The notes beneath the pieces are model-generated. The model was not told the origin of the DNA, searched no databases, and saw only the letters and a program-made list of their open reading frames with translations. DNA of 64,000 bases from the human T2T-CHM13v2.0 reference genome, Homo sapiens: NCBI RefSeq assembly GCF_009914755.1, contig NC_060930.1, one strand, 5' to 3'. The translations under genes were made by a program, and so were the position numbers. Positions within the stretch are counted from its first letter, which is position 1; the number at the start of each line of letters is the position of its first letter. Positions 29,093 to 42,619 of the stretch are shown here, piece after piece.

Positions 29093-29346
29093 CCAGCAGG
29101 TAAAAGAAAAAATGTTCAACATCACTAATTATCAAGGAAATGCAAATTGAAACTACAATAGGATATCACCTCATATCTGTTAGAATGGCTATTTTCAAAG
29201 GTAACAAGTGTTGGCAAGGGTGTGGAGCAAAGAAAACCCTCACACACTGTTGACAGGGAAGTAAATTGGTACAGCCATCATAGAAAACAGTGAGGCATTT
29301 GCTAAAAAATTAAAAAGAGCACTACCATATGATCCAGCAATCCCAC

Positions 29347-29659
29347 TGAGACAGCAAGGTGGGAGAGGTTCCCCAGAAGACCCCCAACCAGCCTGCCCAC
29401 TTTGTGGAGCCTCGGGAAGTTTGTGCCATTTGCAGTGGGGAGGAGCCTGGCCTCTCCTCTTCCTGTGTGGAACCTGAGATTCAAGCAGTAGGTGGGAGGG
29501 ACTCTGGCCTAGCGAGAGACCCTGTTTCCCCCTTTTCTTCGTTTTCACCCAGTAAGACTCTGTCTTACTCACCATTCAAATTGTCTGTGAGCCTTAATTT
29601 TCATGGCTGTGGGACAAAGAACCCCATCTTTAGCTGAACTAAGGAAAAGTCCTGCAACA
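29347..29659 (+). mobile_element. MER61-like ERV1 solo LTR nested in L1
   Basis: TG...CA termini (tgagacagcaaggtggg...agctgaactaaggaaaagtcctgcaaca); 4-bp TSD ccac/ccat splits the L1 motif gcaatccca|tactggg. Confidence 0.85.
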
Positions 29660-31359
29660 CCATTACTGGGTACATATCCAAAGGGAATGAAGTTAGTATA
29701 CCAAAGAGATAACCTTCACCCCCAGGTTTATTGCAGCACCATTCACAATAGACAAGACATGGAATCATCCTGTGTCCATCAAAAGATGAATGGATAAAGA
29801 TAATGTGGTACATATATGCAATGAAATACCATTCAGCCATAAAAAGAAGGAGATCCTGTTATGTGCAGCAATATAGATGAACCTGGAGGATAGTATGATA
29901 AGTGAAAGAAGCCAGACACAGAAAGGCAAATGTGACCTGATCACAGAGGTGGAGAGCAGCGGTGGTTACTAGGGGCTGGGGTGGTTGGGGAGTGGGGTTT
30001 GGGAGATGCTGGTCAAAACTTCAGTTAGGAGAAATAAGTTCAAGTAATCTAATGTGCAACATAGTGACCACAGTTAATAATTTAGTGTGCTTGTGAAAAA
30101 TGAGAAGAGAGTAGATGTGAAGTGTTCTCATCACAAAAATATGTGAAGCAATGCATATGTGAATTAGCTAGATTTTGTCATTCCTCAATGTATTTGTATT
30201 TCAAAACATCCTGCTGTACATAGTAAATATATGTAATTTTGTTTCTCAATTTTAAAAACAAATAAAAAGAAAATAAAATTACTCTCACAAAGAGATAGAT
30301 GAAGTTATGTTTGGGATAGAGCAGAGAAGAAAAAAATTCTATTACAATAATCTTGAGAAAAAATAATTGTATCCCCCAAATGGACTAAAGTAAACATGTA
30401 TAAATAGCATAGCCTACTTCATGTGCTTAAATTAGAGGATGAGATACGTGGGAAATAGCTATATAATATTATAAAATAGACTGGACTTATGAAAATGTCA
30501 AAGATCTGTAAGCCAGCTCACATATTTGCCAGTATCCTGAGAAATACTGTCATTGGGCATTATGTCTATTGGTCCATTTTGCATATACAGTGGATGGCAT
30601 TAGTGGAAAACTACAAATTTGAAATTAATAATGTACAGAAGATTTTAAAGTATCTGAGAGTCATTAGCTGAACTATATTGACAGTCATCAAATTGTTTTT
30701 AAAATCTTATAGAAAAGCTTTTGTAGTGTTCATATTTAAAAATGGTTTTAAAAAGAAGGCTTAAATATTATTCTAAATAATATGTATTTGACAGTAAACC
30801 TGAAATAATGTTAAATGGCAGAATTTATGCACTTCTGCCTTTAGTAAAATTTAAAAAGAGAAAATCAAACGCTTTAGTGAGCCCCAGGCACAGCTATTCA
30901 TGCATTTGACTCTGCTGAGATACCTGAAATAATGGCAGGCCTTTCCTAAGACATATTACAGTTCACTTCCCTGTATGCTGATTTGTGGCTAATAGATGTC
31001 TTCCACTGTCACAAGGCCTGATGTGCACGTGTTCATTTACAAATTCATTATCTTTTGGTCCCAACAACTCAGTGTGACATAGGTAGATCAATGGGATTTT
31101 TATGGTTGCTTTCATTTTTCTAATGAAAGAATTAATGCTCTTGAGATTCTGTGATTTGTGCAAGGTTATAAAGTAAGAACTAGAATTCTAGTTATAATAT
31201 TTTATCTCCTAATTTAGTGTTCTTTCTACTTCATTCTATATTCAAAGTGTCTCAGAAACATTAAAAAGAAGATTCAGGATTTTTTTTCACATTTATAATA
31301 CTTACAAGTATTCTGTTTTGACTCGGAAAGGAAAATAAATCTAGTCTTTCTCATATATA

Positions 31360-31780
31360 CAGTTGGCTCTCTGTATCCATGGGTTCTGCATCCATGATTT
31401 CATCTAACCACCGATAGAAAATATTTGGAAAAAAAGAATGTTTGTGTCTGTGATGAACCATGTACAGACTTTTTTCTTATCATTATTCCCTAAACAAAAT
31501 ATTATAACAACTATTTATAAAGCATTTACAATGTATTAGGTGTTATAAGTAATCCAGAGATGACATAAAGTATGTGTGAGAATGTGTGTATGATGTAGGT
31601 ATTAATAGATGTTATATTAATACATTAATTATATTTTTATATAATATAACATTATTAATATAACATTTATATACAACATTAATGTAACATTGCATATCAG
31701 GGATGTGAACATCTGTGAATTGTGTTGGGCCATGAGGGAGGTCCTCGAACAAACACTCCACAAATACTGAGAGGAGATCA
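31360..31780 (+). mobile_element. MER2 (TcMar-Tigger) with an AT-rich internal expansion
   Basis: ta|cagttggctctctgtatccatgggttctgcatcc...; homologous to 7915-8250. Confidence 0.85.
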
Positions 31781-33339
31781 TATTTCTAAAATAAGTTACT
31801 GTGAAGCTAGATTGTGGGAAGGAGGATAGTATGAACTAGAGAAGGAAGGGATATTTTTCCCCAAAGGAAACATGAGCCCTTTTGATAGGCCTGATTTATA
31901 AAAACTTCTTTTAAAATGTTTAAGCTCACACAAATTTGTATCTTGCTGTTGCTGGAGTTCATATGTTAATTAATTAATTTATATTTAATTTTTTAATGTA
32001 CTGAAAGGAATATTGTAAAGGAGATAAACTGTGTGTCATCAGTGTGAAGGACATGTGAAAATGTAAATTTTTGGTTGTATTATTTTAAAAGTGTGTATTA
32101 CAGTAGCGGTTACTCCAGGTCTAAACAATGACCATGCTCCGTTTGTTACGAAGTCCAGAAATGAAGACAACAGTGTTCCCAAGGTAAGGTGCCCAGCCTA
32201 GTGGGCCATAGTTTCACCTACTGGATTGGCTAATTATCCTTAACCATGACACAGGGTCATAGTCATGTTCACAAGGGTGAACATCATTCAGCCAGATGAA
32301 AACGAGAAGGTCAATTTTTCTTTTTCTTTTTTTTTCAAAAATCATTTTCATGGTGACCTTGCTGATTGAGGGAACAGATTGGCTGGTATAGGATTTAGCA
32401 GTGCTAGATTTCAGGACAGCCTGTCTGAGACACTCAAGTACACTGGACCAGCTCAGTTCTCAAACTTCTAGTGCTATCATAGCCACAGTGGCTGTCCTTC
32501 ACAGTTTTTCCATAAGTGCTTGGCAGGAATGCTTATTTCCATTGCCACACAGCAAAACATTTGCATATTAACCAAGTGTTTTATGTTTTTAACTTTTGAA
32601 TAAATACAGTATGGAAGTCAATGTTCTGGAAAAAATTACACAGGTTCTTGAAGCCTAGACTCACTGAACAAGTGACTGTAAATAGGGAGTGATAACGTCT
32701 TTACCTGGGGCTACTTGTGCTTCTTTCTCATGATTTACTCCAGCGTTTTGTGGGCTCAAAATCCAGTGTGCCACAAAAGCTGCGTTGGTCTTTCTGCATA
32801 GAAATTTGCAGAAAAGATGGACTTTAAAAAGGTACTATATGGCTGGCAATTTCAAAAAGAAGAAAAATACAGAGGAACTACAAATCCAGATCCAGATGTT
32901 CTTTCTCTGTTTTGTTGTTGCGGTTGTTGTTGTTTTGTGTGTGTGTGTGTGTTTCAAACTTGTCATTTTCTTTCCACGGTTCAAATTTTTTTATTCTAAT
33001 GGTTCTTCTGATATTCTATATTCAATCCTGCTGCTGTAATTGTTCAGAGAATGCCTATATCATGCTCTATCAATGGTAACTCATCAAGTTCATAGAAAGA
33101 CCATACTAAACTAAGTGCTAGAAGAAACAACTGCTTTATTCAAGACATTCTACAATACAACCTTGCCTATGGTTACTTCTCTCTCTTCTCTCTGACACAA
33201 AGATTTTGTTCTTTTAAGATTGTTTTCCCAAGCATTTCATGCGTACTCCAAGATCCCTTTCCTTGTTTGTTAACCCAAAAAATATGAATAAAGTACTTAA
33301 AATATGCAAACCAACGAATAGAACACAGGAGAAAAAAAA

Positions 33340-33600
33340 TTCTACCCATATGAAGGTGGCATTCTAGCATGTCTGAAAAGAAACCAGGGGGAGACAGAAA
33401 ATAAAATTAAGAAAATCAATACACTGTATAATACTTCAGTAGCTGAGAATGCTACAGGAGATCTTAGAGCAGGGTAAGGGTACAGAGTGCTGTGAGGGGA
33501 AGAATTCACAATTTTAAAGGGTGAGTCAGGGTACACTCCACTGAGAATGTGCCATTTGGACCAATACTTGAAGAAAGTGAATTCTGTAAGACATCCCTAG
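33340..33600 (-). mobile_element. L2 fragment
   Basis: cattctagcatg...ttttaaagggtgagtcagggtacactccactgagaatgtgccatttggac. Confidence 0.55.
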
Positions 33601-34221
33601 TGGATTCATCTTCTGCCAGGTCATACATGTTACCTTATTCCCAGAATTATCTCAGGATTGCAAACTGTTTATAAACAGAATCTCCACAACCTCAGCGCCT
33701 AGTACAACGCCCTGCTGAAAATAGTTGCAAACGTTTATTTACAACTTTAATAAATTACTTGGGCAAATATTTCTTTATATATTTTCAAATATATTTAGAG
33801 TTCAATTCCCTAGCACAAACTAAAGTGAGATAGTGAACATACATTTATAAACATTTTCAGTGCCCAAAACTTTTATCTGCTATCTGCCAAGAACTCTTAA
33901 CAATCACTTATGCAACATTTAATTAACTAGGACTTTATAAATAGGAATTCTAATTTTTCTAGAATTTACTTATAAAGCACACTGAAGTGGTTTAGAATAA
34001 TACTTTTAGAATTTTTGACAGTAGTCCAAATGTTCAAACTATGTAAGTAGAAATTTGAAGTCTACTTGTTTTTATTTATTTTAATTATTTGATATCTCAG
34101 TCTCACATATATGGTGACTGCCCTAATTTTAATTAAAATATACCATTTTTCATTCATGCCAGATGTATACGCTCCTAAATTCTGTTGGATTTAGTGCATA
34201 CCTTTGTTCAAAAAACCAACA

Positions 34222-35582
34222 GTTTATTTTCTGGACAGTTTTTTTGCTGAAAAATTGAGCAGATAGTACATAATTTCTGCATACCCCTCCCCACCACCTG
34301 CTCACAATTTTTTCTATTTTCTAACATCTTGCATTGGTGATATGTATGTTACAATTGATGAAGCAACATTGATACATTACTATTAGCTAAAGTCCAGACA
34401 TTACATTAGGGTCCATTTTTGTGTTGTACAATTATATGTAATATCATGCATCCAATATTACAGTATCATACAGAAGAGTTTGCGTCCCTGAAAATCCCGT
34501 TCTTCTGCTCCATGTTTTCATCCGTCTTTCCCTCCCTCTAAATCACTGGGCAACCATTGATCTTTTTACTATCTTTATAGTTTTGCCTTTTCCATAATGT
34601 CATAATTTGAATCATAGAAAGTGTAGCTTTTTCAAACTGGCTTCTTTCACTTAGTATCAGGCATTTAAGATTCCCACACGTCTTTCCATGACTTGAGTGT
34701 TAACCTCTTTTGACGGCTGAATATTATTCCATTATGTGTATATACCACAGTTTACCTATTCACCTGTTGAGGATATTTTGGTTGCTTCCAGTTTTTGGCA
34801 ATTATGACTAAAGCTGCTATAAACCTTCATGTGGGGATTTTCATGTAGATATGTTTTCAACACATCTGGTTAAATACCTAGTAGCACGATTGCTGGATAA
34901 TATGATAAGATGATGCTTAATTTTGTAATAAACTGCCAGACTGTCTTTCAAAGTGACTGTACTGCTTTACCTTCCCACCAGCAGTGAATGAGAGTTCCCA
35001 CTGCTCCACATCCATGCTATCATTTGGTATTGTCAGGGTTTTGTATCTTAGCCATTCTAATAGGTGAGTAATGGAACTTCATTGTTGTTGTTGTTGTTGT
35101 TGTTTAATTTGTAGTTCATCAAGACATCTTATGCTGAGCATGTTTTCATATGCCTATTTGCCATCTTTATATCTTCTTTAATGAAGTCTATTTAGATCTT
35201 TTGCCCATTTTTTAATTTTATTATTGTGTTTTAATAATTCAAAAACAGTCTTTTTTTCTGATATGAATTTTGTAAATATTTTCTTGAGGTCTGTAGCTTG
35301 TCTTTCCACTTCTAACAATGTATTTGCACAGCAGAACTCTTTAATCTTAGTGAAGTCCAAATTTCATGTTTTTTTATGGACCCTACTTTTAGTGTTGTAT
35401 CTAAAAACTCATCACCGAACCCAAGGGCACCTAGATTTTTTTATGTTATCTTTTTAGAAGATTTTTTGTTGCATATTACATTTAGGTATATAATCCTTTT
35501 TGAGTTAATGTCTGTTTAAAATATAAGCTGTATGTCCAGATTCATTTTTTTGCATGTGGACATCCAATTGTTCCAGAACACT
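34222..35582 (-). mobile_element. L1MC1-like 3' region
   Basis: aaaattgagcagatagtaca...gttacaattgatgaagcaacattgatacattactattagctaaagtcca...cccaccagcagtgaatgagagttcc. Confidence 0.85.
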
Positions 35583-36135
35583 TACCATCACTACCCAGCA
35601 ATTTAACCTTTAGGTATCTAACCAAGAGAAATGGAAACATACAAAAGTCACACAAAGGCTTGAACATGAATGCTTACAGAATTAGTCATGTTACTCAAAA
35701 ACTAAAGATATGCATCTATCGACCAGTAAATGGAGAAAAATATGGAGAAACATCATATCCATATGAACCCAGCAGCAAAAAAGAATGAACCATTGAATCA
35801 TGCCTAAACATGTATGAACACCAAAAATGTGGCATAAGGAAGAAGCCACACACAAAAGAGCACACATATTGTATTACTCCCTATATATAAAATTTATAGG
35901 AAAAAAGCCTACAGAGACAGAAGCAGATTAGTGGTTCCTTGGGACTGAAGGTATTAATAGATACAGGAATTTATATCAAATCATCAAGAGAGAAGCTTTG
36001 AGGAGTGATGGAACTGTTATAAAACTGGATTGGTTGATGAATATATAACTACAAATCTACAAAAACTGATTTATATGTATACTTGAAAGAGATAAAATTA
36101 GTAATACATGAATTAGACCTCAATAATGCTATAAC
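35583..36135 (+). mobile_element. L1MB/ME 3' fragment
   Basis: cccagcaattt..ctttaggtatctaaccaagagaaatggaaaca...agcagattagtggtt...gacctcaataa. Confidence 0.7.
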
Positions 36136-37452
36136 TACAAGTAATATACTATCCAAGAATACACAGGAAGTAAATCTCCCCAAATTTTTTATTCAATGGT
36201 GAAACTAAATTTATTATAGTAATTTATCTGCAAATGGAGGGCAATGCAATCAGTGAGGAATGATAGAAAACTTGTTAAATACCGTTAGTTTCTGGTAAAT
36301 TGTATTTCTCAACCTGATTAATGAGTATATGAGTGTTAATTTAAAAAATAAGTGTGTGTACTTCAAAATTTTTATTTTTAACATTAAAATATTAAATTAA
36401 TATATGCTACATATTACAATATATGTATATACAAGGTGCTTTAAAAGCTCCAAGAATAAAATTGCTAAAAATTCATGAGATACAGGAGAATTTGGCTGAA
36501 TCAATTGATACAAAAAAGACATGTATAATATATGACATTTTATCATGCAAGATGGATTCTCTAGTTTCTCCTTTCCTTGATTTACCATCTCACAAATGAT
36601 TAAATATTTATGTCATTCAGCATCTGAAATCAGGACATAAAAAGTAATAAAGTTATAGAATTTTGTTATGGCAGAATTTCCAACAGTGTGTTCTGCATGG
36701 CCCTAGTTTTATCAAACCTAACTTGATTAATGAAAAATTAATAAAAGAAAGTTGAATTGATTATTTTCTGTAAGCCTTCTTAGAGTCTACACTATACAAT
36801 GTATATCAAGAACATAAAACGTACCATGGAGCAGCAAGTTTGATTCACAAACTTATCTACTCACCCTCTTTTTGAAGAATATCTCATAGAACAAATGCTC
36901 TCAAAAGTACATACTGAGATACACTCTGTCTTATGAGTTCCCATTATCTGCACTCTCCAGGTTTTGAAAACTGAAATTTCACACATCTGTCCCTATTAAC
37001 TAAAACTTTAATAGAAAGATTAGTCTCTGTCTATCAATATTCTTCCTCCTTTAATGCCTATTCTCAATTTAATTTTTCTTGTCAGTAAGTTAGTAAATAC
37101 ATTCATTATTGGTTTTTAAATTTTACTTCTAGATTGCCAAAATGCAGGTGTAACATTGAAGTTGATATTTACCATTATAGTCTTGGTACTGAGTAGCAAT
37201 TTTAGTGATGGTTTGTTCTCCAAGGAAAAAATTTAAAAAATGATGGTCAACTGGTTATCCTACTAAACTAGATATTGCAATTGAACAATATCTCTAAGTA
37301 CGAAAATAGCTACCCAGTGAAAACCTTATATTAGCTACAAATTTAAAAAAAATTATCTGGCAAGTGGATCAACTCTTCCTTTCTGGTGGATATTTTATTA
37401 ATAGATCTGCATTCTCTCACACGCTGTGATTATCCACCAGTCCAAATATCCT

Positions 37453-37828
37453 TGATATGGTTTGGCTCTGTGTCCCCACCCAAATTTGATCTTGAATTGC
37501 AATCCCCAGGTGTTGAGGGAGAGATCTGGTGGGAGGTGGTTGGATCATGGGGGAGGTTTTCCCCATGCTGTTCTCATGATAGTGAGGGAGTTCTCATGAG
37601 ATCAGATGTCTTTACCAATGGTAGTTTCCCTAGGCGTCTCTCTCTCTCTCTCTCTTTCTCACCTGCCACCATGTAAGACATGACTGCTTCCCCTTCTGCC
37701 ATAATTATAAGTTTCCTGAGGCCTCCCCAGGTAGGTAGAACTGTGAGTCAATTAAACCACTTTCCTTTATAAATTACCCAGTCTCGGGTAGTATCTTTAT
37801 AGCAGTGTGAAAACAGACTAATAATACA
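37453..37828 (+). mobile_element. THE1D-like MaLR solo LTR
   Basis: tgatatggtttggctctgtgtccccacccaaat...tttataaattacccagtctcgggtagtatctttatagcagtgtgaaaacagactaat. Confidence 0.92.
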
Positions 37829-37963
37829 GTACTCATATACATGTATGCATGCACTTCCAAACACACCTTTCTGCATTCAAAATACATCCTCAAAACAGGG
37901 TCACTGTGTTTTTCACCTATAAGGGTTCATTTCACCTGGAATGTATTGAAATTTGTATCATAG

Positions 37964-38274
<311 letters not shown>

Positions 38275-39044
38275 AGGAAAGCCTTATAACCATATATATT
38301 ACCGTTATAAACATTAAAAAGGAGTGACTACTAGAGCCACATAATTAACAATTCAAAACAGATCCTTTGGAAGTAACTTTTTGCATTTGTGGTGTGCAAC
38401 TTAATACAACACAAAATTCTTAGTTATTTACTTTGAGAGACTTAAATATAATGTCTATGTCTCAGCCTTTCGTAAGTTTTTTACACAGTAGAGAGTAAGG
38501 ACTCATTTGTGCTAATTCTAAATTACTCTTTGGCACATTGCCAGGTAAACTGTGACAGCTCCTTTTGATGGAGCAGCATGTTTTGGACTGGTTTCTGCAA
38601 AGCTTCTAATTGACTTCGATGTAAATTATATTTCCTTCAATTTGAATCTCAACCAAATACAAAATGCTATGTTACATTTGAATTTTGTTAGGTTGGATTC
38701 AGTTGTGATGGATTCTAAGACGGCTGATTGAAAAACTAAGCAATTCTCAAGGTGGCCATCACTGTATTTTTGGTTTAACATATTCAGATTTGATGAACCT
38801 AAACATGTTCATGGGTATGTTTCAATTCTTCTGACTTTCATATATTATATTCCACAAAAACATAAGAAAAAAAGCACAACATATCCTCAAAGAATATAAA
38901 ATGCCTAACTGACATTCTTAAACATAATTAAATCCATATTTATTTCCAAAATTTAATATTGTAGGAATCTAATAACTAGTAGAATTTTAGACAATGAGTA
39001 TATTAGTATGCTATAATTCTTGAGGCATGCAGTAAAAATTCAAC

Positions 39045-39590
39045 TTAATTTAGCAATTCTACTCCTAAGTATGTACCCAAGAAAAAGGAAAACAAATGTC
39101 CACACAAAAACTTGTACCTGGATGTTCATAGCAGCATTATTCCTCATAGCCCCAAAGTGGAAATAAGCCAAATGTCCTTTGGTTAATTAATTAATGAAAA
39201 ATGTAGTATATCCATACAATGGAATATTATTCATCAACACACTACAACATGGATAAGCCTTGAAAGCATTGTGCTAATTGAAAACAGCCAATCACAAGAG
39301 ACTGTATATTAAATGATTATATGAATTCACCAGAATGGGCAATGGGAAAATCCACAGAGACAGAAAGTAGGTTAACAACTGCCTGGGGCTGGAGGAGAGA
39401 GGATGGCTTGAGTTTCTGGGACAGGCTAAGGAGTGTGGGTGTTTCTTTCTGAGATAATGAGAAGGTTCCAAAATCGGGTTGTGGTGATGATTATACAACT
39501 ATATATTCTGAAAACCATTTAAGTGTATACTTTAAATAAGTGAGTTGTAAGGTATGCGAGTTACATCTCAATAAAGCTGTTAGAAATTAA
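39045..39590 (+). mobile_element. L1MB-like 3' end
   Basis: gcaattctactcctaagtatgtacccaaga..gtccacacaaaaacttgtac..gatgttcatagcagcattatt...atctcaataaagctgtt. Confidence 0.85.
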
Positions 39591-39599
39591 AGATTGCCT

Positions 39600-40240
39600 G
39601 TACTATTCCAGACCTTAGATACAAGTAGAAACTTCCTCATTTCATGTCACAGCCCCATTTAAATTTAACATAAATTATGACAAAAAATGAATTAAAAACA
39701 AAAAACAGTTAAGGATGATGTTATTTAGCATGACGGAAGAAAAGAATTGTAAATTAATATAAGCAAGTAAAATCTAGCTTTGTATAAAAGTAATTATACC
39801 TTGTAACAAAGCAGTGAATTCAAGATGGAGCACAATTAGAAATTCTATTATCCCGACCCATTACATCATAAAATTAAAGGGAAAATATTATATGAACATA
39901 ACCACAGATGGTGAGAAAATCCAATAAAATCCAATAATATATATAAGTGGCATCAAATTAGAAAGAAAATAGCTAATCATAATAATTGTTGGCCAAAAAA
40001 CATAGAAAATGTTTTCTGAAATGGTGAACAGTAAAATCAACTGAGGACAAGAATTTCATAGAAATGTTAACTAATACGTTTATTAATTAGAATTTTCTTT
40101 GACGTTTTGGGAAATGCAACATAAATATAAAATGAAAAAACTGATACTAACATTAGAAAAGAAGAAACGAACAGTCTTTTTTTGAAGATGATACCATTCT
40201 GTACTTATAAAAACACTCTCATAGGAGACCAAAAACTATT
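39600..40240 (+). mobile_element. highly diverged L1ME ORF2 fragments
   Basis: A-rich; cattagaaaagaagaaac..tttgaagatgatacc..tgtacttataaaacac. Confidence 0.45.
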
Positions 40241-40719
40241 CTTTTTTTATCATGCTTGAGATTTGTAACACTTTTGAATCTAGTTTGTGATGTCTTTCAT
40301 CAAGTTTGGAAAATTCCCAGCGATTACCAATTCAAGTAATATAATTTATTCAAATATTATTTCTTTCTTTTATGTCTTCTGAAATTTCAATTATATCTTC
40401 TATCCCATATATCTCTAACATTGTTTCTTTATGTTACATCCTTTATTACCATCTAGGTTTCAAATTTTCTTCTGCTCTGTATTACAGTTTACTGCCCACA
40501 CATTATTTTTAGCTCTTTCTCATCTGTTAGCACATAATTTGGGGCCTTAACTACACTTAAAAAATTAGTTCTTTGCTCAGAGGCAATGTTCTGTAAAAAG
40601 CCATAATGGTATTGTCAAATTACCAACAAACAATACACTATTTCTTGAACTCAGCAAATTCTTCAAGACAAATGTAACATTGCAATAAAAAAGGAATCTG
40701 AGAAATAGCAACATACTTC

Positions 40720-40935
40720 CCAATCACTACCCTGAACTCCCTGTATGTAATCTGGTTTATTTATCTGATAGTACTTATCACCACTTAAAACACATTTTCT
40801 ACTTATTTACTTATTATATCTCCCTCACGACAATGCTAGCTCCTCAAAGGCTGTATTTTGTTTGTTTTGAACATCACAATAGCTTCATCACTGGGAATAT
40901 CCTGGCACTCAATGAATACTTTTAGATAAACGTTT
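40720..40935 (+). mobile_element. L2 3' end
   Basis: atagtacttatcaccac...caatgctagctcctcaaagg...cctggcactcaatgaatact. Confidence 0.6.
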
Positions 40936-42619
40936 GTTTATGTAAATTTTTCCGCTTCTTTAATCTTATTCCCTAAGAGGAAGGTAGCTAAACAGACATT
41001 TTAGAATATTAACATGAAAGTAAAAGCATTTGTGCATAATATTCATGATTATAAGGTATGTCACACACAAAACTTTAAAAGCTAACAGAACATTTAGTTG
41101 AAACTGAACGATATTGATCTTTCCTTTCTTTGCTTAAATGCCAGTGGAATTACTGAGGCACGTGTCAAAAATTTATTCTCTTTTTGTGGAATTCATCTAA
41201 TCTAAACTCAATTTCACTGTTGAGTCAAAGTTAGAATAAGAAACAGTAACAAAGCTGTTGATATATAAACTTCTGTGAACATTATTTTTTGGCTGAATCT
41301 GTTTCACTTTATCAACTCTGTCATCTCTCATTTCTGTTTCTCTCAAATTTACAGGATGTAAACAAACTTCACTCTGAAAGAACAGAAACTGAAAAGGCCT
41401 GTGACAAAGCTTGAGGACAGATTTGTGACTTTCATTTCCAGGAACCCAAGGAGCAAGAGAACCACAAAAAAAAACTTTCCTTCAAAATTCTTTTACTTAT
41501 CAGTGGATATAGTTGTCACACTTATCAAGGCATAGTTTTATAAACACAGACTTGCTGAATCTCATAGCAAGGTTGACTTTATAGATCACCTAACTCTAAT
41601 CCATTAAAATGGACTTTGCTAATTCCTACAATATTATAAACCCTGCAAAAATCGCTATCTCAAAGTGATATTCTCATGTAGAAAGGACCATGCCCATAAC
41701 ATTAGATTGAGGTGTTAGATTCAAATAACTCACAAAATAAGTAAATGTGAGTAGAGGCAATGACCTAGACATTGACTGAAACAAAACCATTTTTCAGTTC
41801 TCTGTATATTAGGAAAAGTTGACTTTTGATATATATAGTCTCGAGTATCTTCATGTAGGAAAACTTTTTGTAAGGAAAGAAAAAGAAATGCCTGTTTTAG
41901 AAAGGATTCCTTCTCTTTTTTCATGTTAGAAGTGCCTGGTGTGCCCAGAGATGAATCAAGTGTCTTGGGGAAAACGAACGCACTGTAGACATTAAACCCA
42001 TTATAATTAAAAATAAAGAGGAGATTTTGCTATCATCTTTTCAAAATGTGATTTTAATGCTAAGAAAGAAAGATTTTAAATTGAAACCAATGAGAATGAA
42101 TCAATTTTCTCTTCTTTGAACTGCTGCTTCCTAAACACTTAGCAAAAAAAGATTTTAAGAGGAGTTGGCATGGCCAGCCAGTCAATGATCTCACCAACCC
42201 TGGTGCAGGCACATTTCTACTGGAAGGTGTGAATATCTGATTTGGACTGCTGGGAGGTACTGTTCTTTTATAGAAGGAGACTGCCTAAGACAACTATATG
42301 AATCTTACACAGAAATTGCAATGTATTCTCATAGAAAAAGAAACCACATTTTTTCAGTCTCCAAAGTCTCCTATGTTGAATTACATGATGTGAATCAAAA
42401 TCCTACATTAGTCAGAACAGCTCTAAATTTTGAAATTCTTCTTGCTTCTCCTGTCATTGAAGATACATTTCATTATCTTCCACATTTTGCTGTGTTCCAC
42501 ATCTTTTCCTTTACTTCTATCTCTTAGTATTTTCTTCTTATTTTTGCTTTCATTTTTTAGCATGTATTACTACTTGTCAAATCACAGTCTTCCAATTTCT
42601 TATAGGTCTAAATTGCATC

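Larger units (their letters stand above)
28510..30275 (+). mobile_element. L1MA-like 5'-truncated element (ORF2 end, 3' UTR, A-rich tail), interrupted by an LTR
   Basis: gagcccagaagtaaatcca..actgatttttgacaaaggtg..aactggatatccacatgcagaagaatgaaact...aataagttcaagtaatcta...A-rich tail. Confidence 0.88.
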
